A DNA stretch of 64,000 nt. It comes from Bacteroidia bacterium (lineage in GTDB: Bacteria > Bacteroidota > Bacteroidia > AKYH767-A > OLB10). Location of the stretch: contig JBBQED010000004.1 of assembly GCA_038320345.1 (NCBI GenBank), positions 173,155 through 237,154 on the forward strand, given 5' to 3'. A model generated the notes under the pieces. That model did no database searches. It was not told where the DNA came from and was given only the letters and a program-made list of their open reading frames with translations. Below are positions 60,894 through 64,000 of this stretch, one piece after another. The translations under genes were made by a program, and so were the position numbers. Each line of letters opens with the position of its first letter. Positions within the stretch are counted from its first letter, which is position 1.

Positions 60894-61204
60894 GTCAGAT
60901 TCCGCTCACCCACATTATCATTCTAAGCACGCTTCTTTTTTTCATCGGCACCTATGGATTTCTCACCAGAAGAAACCTTATTGCCATGTTGATGAGCCTA
61001 GAGCTCATGCTGAATAGTGTCAATATTAACTTCATCGCCTTCAACAAATACCTCTACCCCGAAAATTTAGATGGATTAATCTTTATCATCTTCATCATTG
61101 CAATTGCGGCTGCGGAAGCCGCAGTGGCGATCGCTATTATCATCAACCTGTACCGTAATGTCCGCTCTATAGATGCAGAGGAAACTGATCATCTTAAAAA
61201 CTGA
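60890..61204 (+). CDS. nuoK: NADH-quinone oxidoreductase subunit K
   Basis: [48 protein letters not shown]… The start was taken at ATG 60890 (ATGA overlap with the nuoJ stop). The ORF-track start at 60851 adds 13 non-conserved residues. Confidence 0.9.
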   Translation: [104 protein letters not shown]

Positions 61205-61223
61205 TTTTTACTGAATCCCGACT

Positions 61224-63149
61224 ATGAATCTTCCTTTCAACCTACTGCTAATCCCTTTACTTCCACTACTTACTTTCGTAGTACTTGGCATTTTCGGAAG
61301 AAAATATCTATCGTCTATTTCCGGAATCATCGGAACTACTTCCATGTTTATTTCGGCAGTAATTTCAATTCAAACTGCCATACAGTATTTTGCTTCATCT
61401 CCAGAAATGCATCTTCAACAAATTGCATGGAAGATGGTGTGGCTTCCTTTTTCTGAAGATATTTCTATTGACATTGGATTTTTGCTCGATCCGATATCGG
61501 TGATGATGCTAGTGGTGGTAACGCTGATCTCATTTATGGTACATCTTTATAGTTTGGGGTACATGAAAGGAGAAAATCGTTTTGCAACCTACTACTCATT
61601 TCTCTCTCTGTTTACGTTCTCTATGTTAGGACTAGTAGTTTCGATTAATATTTTTCAGATTTATATGTTTTGGGAATTAGTTGGCGTTTCGTCCTTTTTA
61701 TTGATTGGATATTACTTCGAAAAACCAAGTGCAGTGGCCGCTTCCAAAAAAGCATTTATCGTTACTCGCTTTGCAGATCTTGGTTTCTTAATCGGCATTC
61801 TGATACTTTCTTTTCAAGCGCATACGCTCGATTTTCAAACCCTTATTCAAAGGCTCACACAAAATGGATCTCCATTTTTACATGATGCCATAACGACTTC
61901 TTTCATGGGAGTAAGTGCTTTAACTTGGGGATTGTTGCTTGTCTTTATAGGAGGTGCGGGTAAAAGTGCTATGTTCCCATTGCATATTTGGTTACCGGAT
62001 GCAATGGAAGGGCCCACTCCAGTTTCTGCATTGATCCATGCGGCGACGATGGTAGTAGCAGGAGTTTATTTAGTTGCCAGACTCTTTCCAATTTTTATTA
62101 TGTCATGTCCAGTTGCACTAGAGGTAGTGATGTGGACCGGTGTTACGTCCGCATTATTCGCAGCAGTGATAGCTTGCACACAAACTGATATCAAAAGAGT
62201 ACTAGCATATTCCACCATGTCGCAAATTGGATATATGATGTTTGCCTTAGGTGTTTCAGGATCAGGAGGAGAATCAGGATTAGGATATACAGCATCTATG
62301 TTTCACTTATTCACACATGCCTTCTTCAAAGCATTACTATTTCTTGGAGCTGGGGCAGTGATTCATATGATTCATAGCAATGAAATAAAGGATATGGGAG
62401 GATTGCGAAAATCGATGCCCGTAACTCATATTACTTTTCTCATTGCTTGTTTAGCTATTGCAGGGATTTTTCCCTTCGCAGGATTCTTTAGTAAAGAAGA
62501 AATACTCACCGCAGCACTTCATGCGAATAAAGTCGTATATGGGTTAGCGTTAGTAACGGCAGGCATTACCGCCTTTTATATGTTCCGACTTTATTTCAGC
62601 ATATTTTGGTCGAAGGAGGCTAGTCAAGGTGATCATCATCACAGTGAAGGCACATTAACGATGAAGATCCCCTTAATTTTACTGGCAATTGGTGCGGCAA
62701 CAACTGGCTTTATTCCATTCGGAGAATATGTAACCAACAATGGAAAGCCTTTTCATTCCAGTTTAGATCTGGCTGGTGCTATTGGTCCGGTCTTAGTTGC
62801 TCTTACAGGAATCGCAATAGCAATGCTCTTTTACAAAAAGCAAAATGATCGACCAGAAAAAGTGGCAACAGCATTGAGCGGACTATACGTTGCGGCTTAC
62901 CGTAAATTTTATATTGACGAAATATATCTTTTCATTACTCGAAACATTATTTTCAATATACTCGGAAAATCAGCTGCTTGGTTTGATCGTACCATCATCG
63001 ACGGAACCATGAATGGAATCGCATCGGTAATTGCGTGGAATTCGAATTTCATAAAGAATATCCAATCAGGAAAAATTCAGGATTACGCATTGTATTTCTT
63101 TGTTGGCGTATTCGGACTCACCTTGCTTGCGATTTATTTGGTAAACTGA
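61224..63149 (+). CDS. nuoL: NADH-quinone oxidoreductase subunit L
   Basis: 641 aa with a multi-TM antiporter-like fold (…MFPLHIWLPDAMEGPTPVSALIHAATMVVAGVYL…). Confidence 0.95.
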   Translation: MNLPFNLLLIPLLPLLTFVVLGIFGRKYLSSISGIIGTTSMFISAVISIQTAIQYFASSPEMHLQQIAWKMVWLPFSEDISIDIGFLLDPISVMMLVVVTLISFMVHLYSLGYMKGENRFATYYSFLSLFTFSMLGLVVSINIFQIYMFWELVGVSSFLLIGYYFEKPSAVAASKKAFIVTRFADLGFLIGILILSFQAHTLDFQTLIQRLTQNGSPFLHDAITTSFMGVSALTWGLLLVFIGGAGKSAMFPLHIWLPDAMEGPTPVSALIHAATMVVAGVYLVARLFPIFIMSCPVALEVVMWTGVTSALFAAVIACTQTDIKRVLAYSTMSQIGYMMFALGVSGSGGESGLGYTASMFHLFTHAFFKALLFLGAGAVIHMIHSNEIKDMGGLRKSMPVTHITFLIACLAIAGIFPFAGFFSKEEILTAALHANKVVYGLALVTAGITAFYMFRLYFSIFWSKEASQGDHHHSEGTLTMKIPLILLAIGAATTGFIPFGEYVTNNGKPFHSSLDLAGAIGPVLVALTGIAIAMLFYKKQNDRPEKVATALSGLYVAAYRKFYIDEIYLFITRNIIFNILGKSAAWFDRTIIDGTMNGIASVIAWNSNFIKNIQSGKIQDYALYFFVGVFGLTLLAIYLVN

Positions 63150-63161
63150 ACTTAAAGAATT

Positions 63162-64000
63162 ATGAATCTTAGCCTCTTAGTCCTAGTACCAACGTTAACG
63201 GCATTTATTTTATTATTCTTCAAAGAATTGAAGAAAATAAGAATGATTGCCTGTATTGGGTCTGCAATCCAACTACTACTCACCTTTATATTACTATTTC
63301 AATTTAGTGGGTTGCGTGCGAGTGGAGATACTTCTGCAATGTTATTTTATTCTTCCTATGCCTGGTTTCCTGAACTTGGGATTGCTTATACCACAGGTAT
63401 TGATGGAATCTCAATAGCGATGATCTTGATGGTTGCTTTTGTTGTACTTGCCGGTGTATTAGTTTCATGGAAGATGGAAAAGCTTTCTCGAGAATTCTTT
63501 TTTCTATTGATGCTACTCAGTGCAGGTGCCTATGGATTTTTCATATCGCTTGATCTCTTTACTTTATTCTTCTTCCTGGAGATAGCGGTAATTCCAAAAT
63601 TTTTACTCATCGGAATATGGGGCAGTGGAAAGAAAGAATACAGTGCAATGAAACTAGCGCTTATGCTTATGGGAGGATCTGCCTTTGTGTTCCTTGGACT
63701 CATCGGTCTTTATCTTAATAGCAGCGATGCAAATGGAATGCACACTTTTGATATGATGGCAATTGCTCATCATGCTGTACCCTTAAATATTCAATTCATT
63801 TTCTTTCCATTCGCCTTCATAGGATTTGGAATTTTCGGGGCGCTGTTTCCATTCCATACTTGGGTTCCTGATGGGCATAGCTCAGCACCTACTGCTGCTT
63901 CTATGTTTCTTGCTGGAATCTCGATGAAGCTTGGAGGCTATGGATGTTTGAGAGTTGCCACTTATCTGATGCCAGAGGCTGCGCATCATTATGCTCCTAT
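63162..64000 (+). CDS. nuoM: NADH-quinone oxidoreductase subunit M, 3' partial (runs off the window end)
   Basis: ATG at 63162. MNLSLLVLVPTLTAFILLFF…FHTWVPDGHSSAPTAASMFLAGISMKLGGYG… is the NuoM/ND4 signature. There is no stop codon before base 64000. Confidence 0.9.
   Translation, partial: MNLSLLVLVPTLTAFILLFFKELKKIRMIACIGSAIQLLLTFILLFQFSGLRASGDTSAMLFYSSYAWFPELGIAYTTGIDGISIAMILMVAFVVLAGVLVSWKMEKLSREFFFLLMLLSAGAYGFFISLDLFTLFFFLEIAVIPKFLLIGIWGSGKKEYSAMKLALMLMGGSAFVFLGLIGLYLNSSDANGMHTFDMMAIAHHAVPLNIQFIFFPFAFIGFGIFGALFPFHTWVPDGHSSAPTAASMFLAGISMKLGGYGCLRVATYLMPEAAHHYAP

Overview
This 64 kb window looks like a chromosomal segment from a low-GC (~35%) Bacteroidota genome, probably Sphingobacteriia or Flavobacteriia-like. 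Supporting signs are a full-length SprA type IX secretion/gliding translocon, several proteins carrying T9SS C-terminal sorting domains, an 11-subunit-type nuo operon that lacks nuoEFG, TAnnTTTG-type -7 promoter boxes and AT-rich leaders without Shine-Dalgarno sequences. From 5' to 3' the window contains: (1) a signalling cluster (bases 1-5908) with a 5'-truncated CheR-methyltransferase/PAS histidine-kinase fusion, an AraC-type regulator, a stand-alone receiver and a CHASE3-PAS histidine kinase; (2) a run of small secreted or membrane stress-type proteins (6121-11523), including an lmo0937-family mini-protein the ORF track missed, a YtxH-like protein, a low-affinity-iron-permease-like protein and DUF748; (3) a LuxR-type response regulator with a TPR sensor kinase (11740-14658); (4) hypothetical secreted proteins, then a striking noncoding tandem array of ten ~57-bp repeats ending in a perfect 19-bp palindrome, next to tRNA-Arg(CCG); (5) housekeeping genes: acyl-CoA thioesterase, GT9 heptosyltransferase, TatD, L-asparaginase, tRNA-Ser(GGA), PAP2 phosphatase, VanZ, GcvH, SprA (2418 aa), RuvA and NADP-malic enzyme; (6) an extracytoplasmic thioredoxin-like neighbourhood (36939-42821): TlpA-like redoxin, an OM beta-barrel, an Omp28-like CxxC lipoprotein and two tandem paralog pairs of small secreted proteins, one of which has lost its CxxC; (7) glutaryl-CoA-dehydrogenase-like ACAD, tRNA-Cys(GCA) with convergent related hairpin terminators, and an SRPBCC protein; (8) T9SS cargo (a 952-aa Ig-like repeat protein and an M23 peptidase) and a LytTR two-component system with a 1235-aa beta-propeller/GAF sensor kinase; (9) nuoABCD-HIJKLM, with nuoM partial at the 3' edge. 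I found no CRISPR array, integrase, transposase or obvious defence operon. The most unusual element is the structured tandem-repeat array between a lipoprotein gene and tRNA-Arg.
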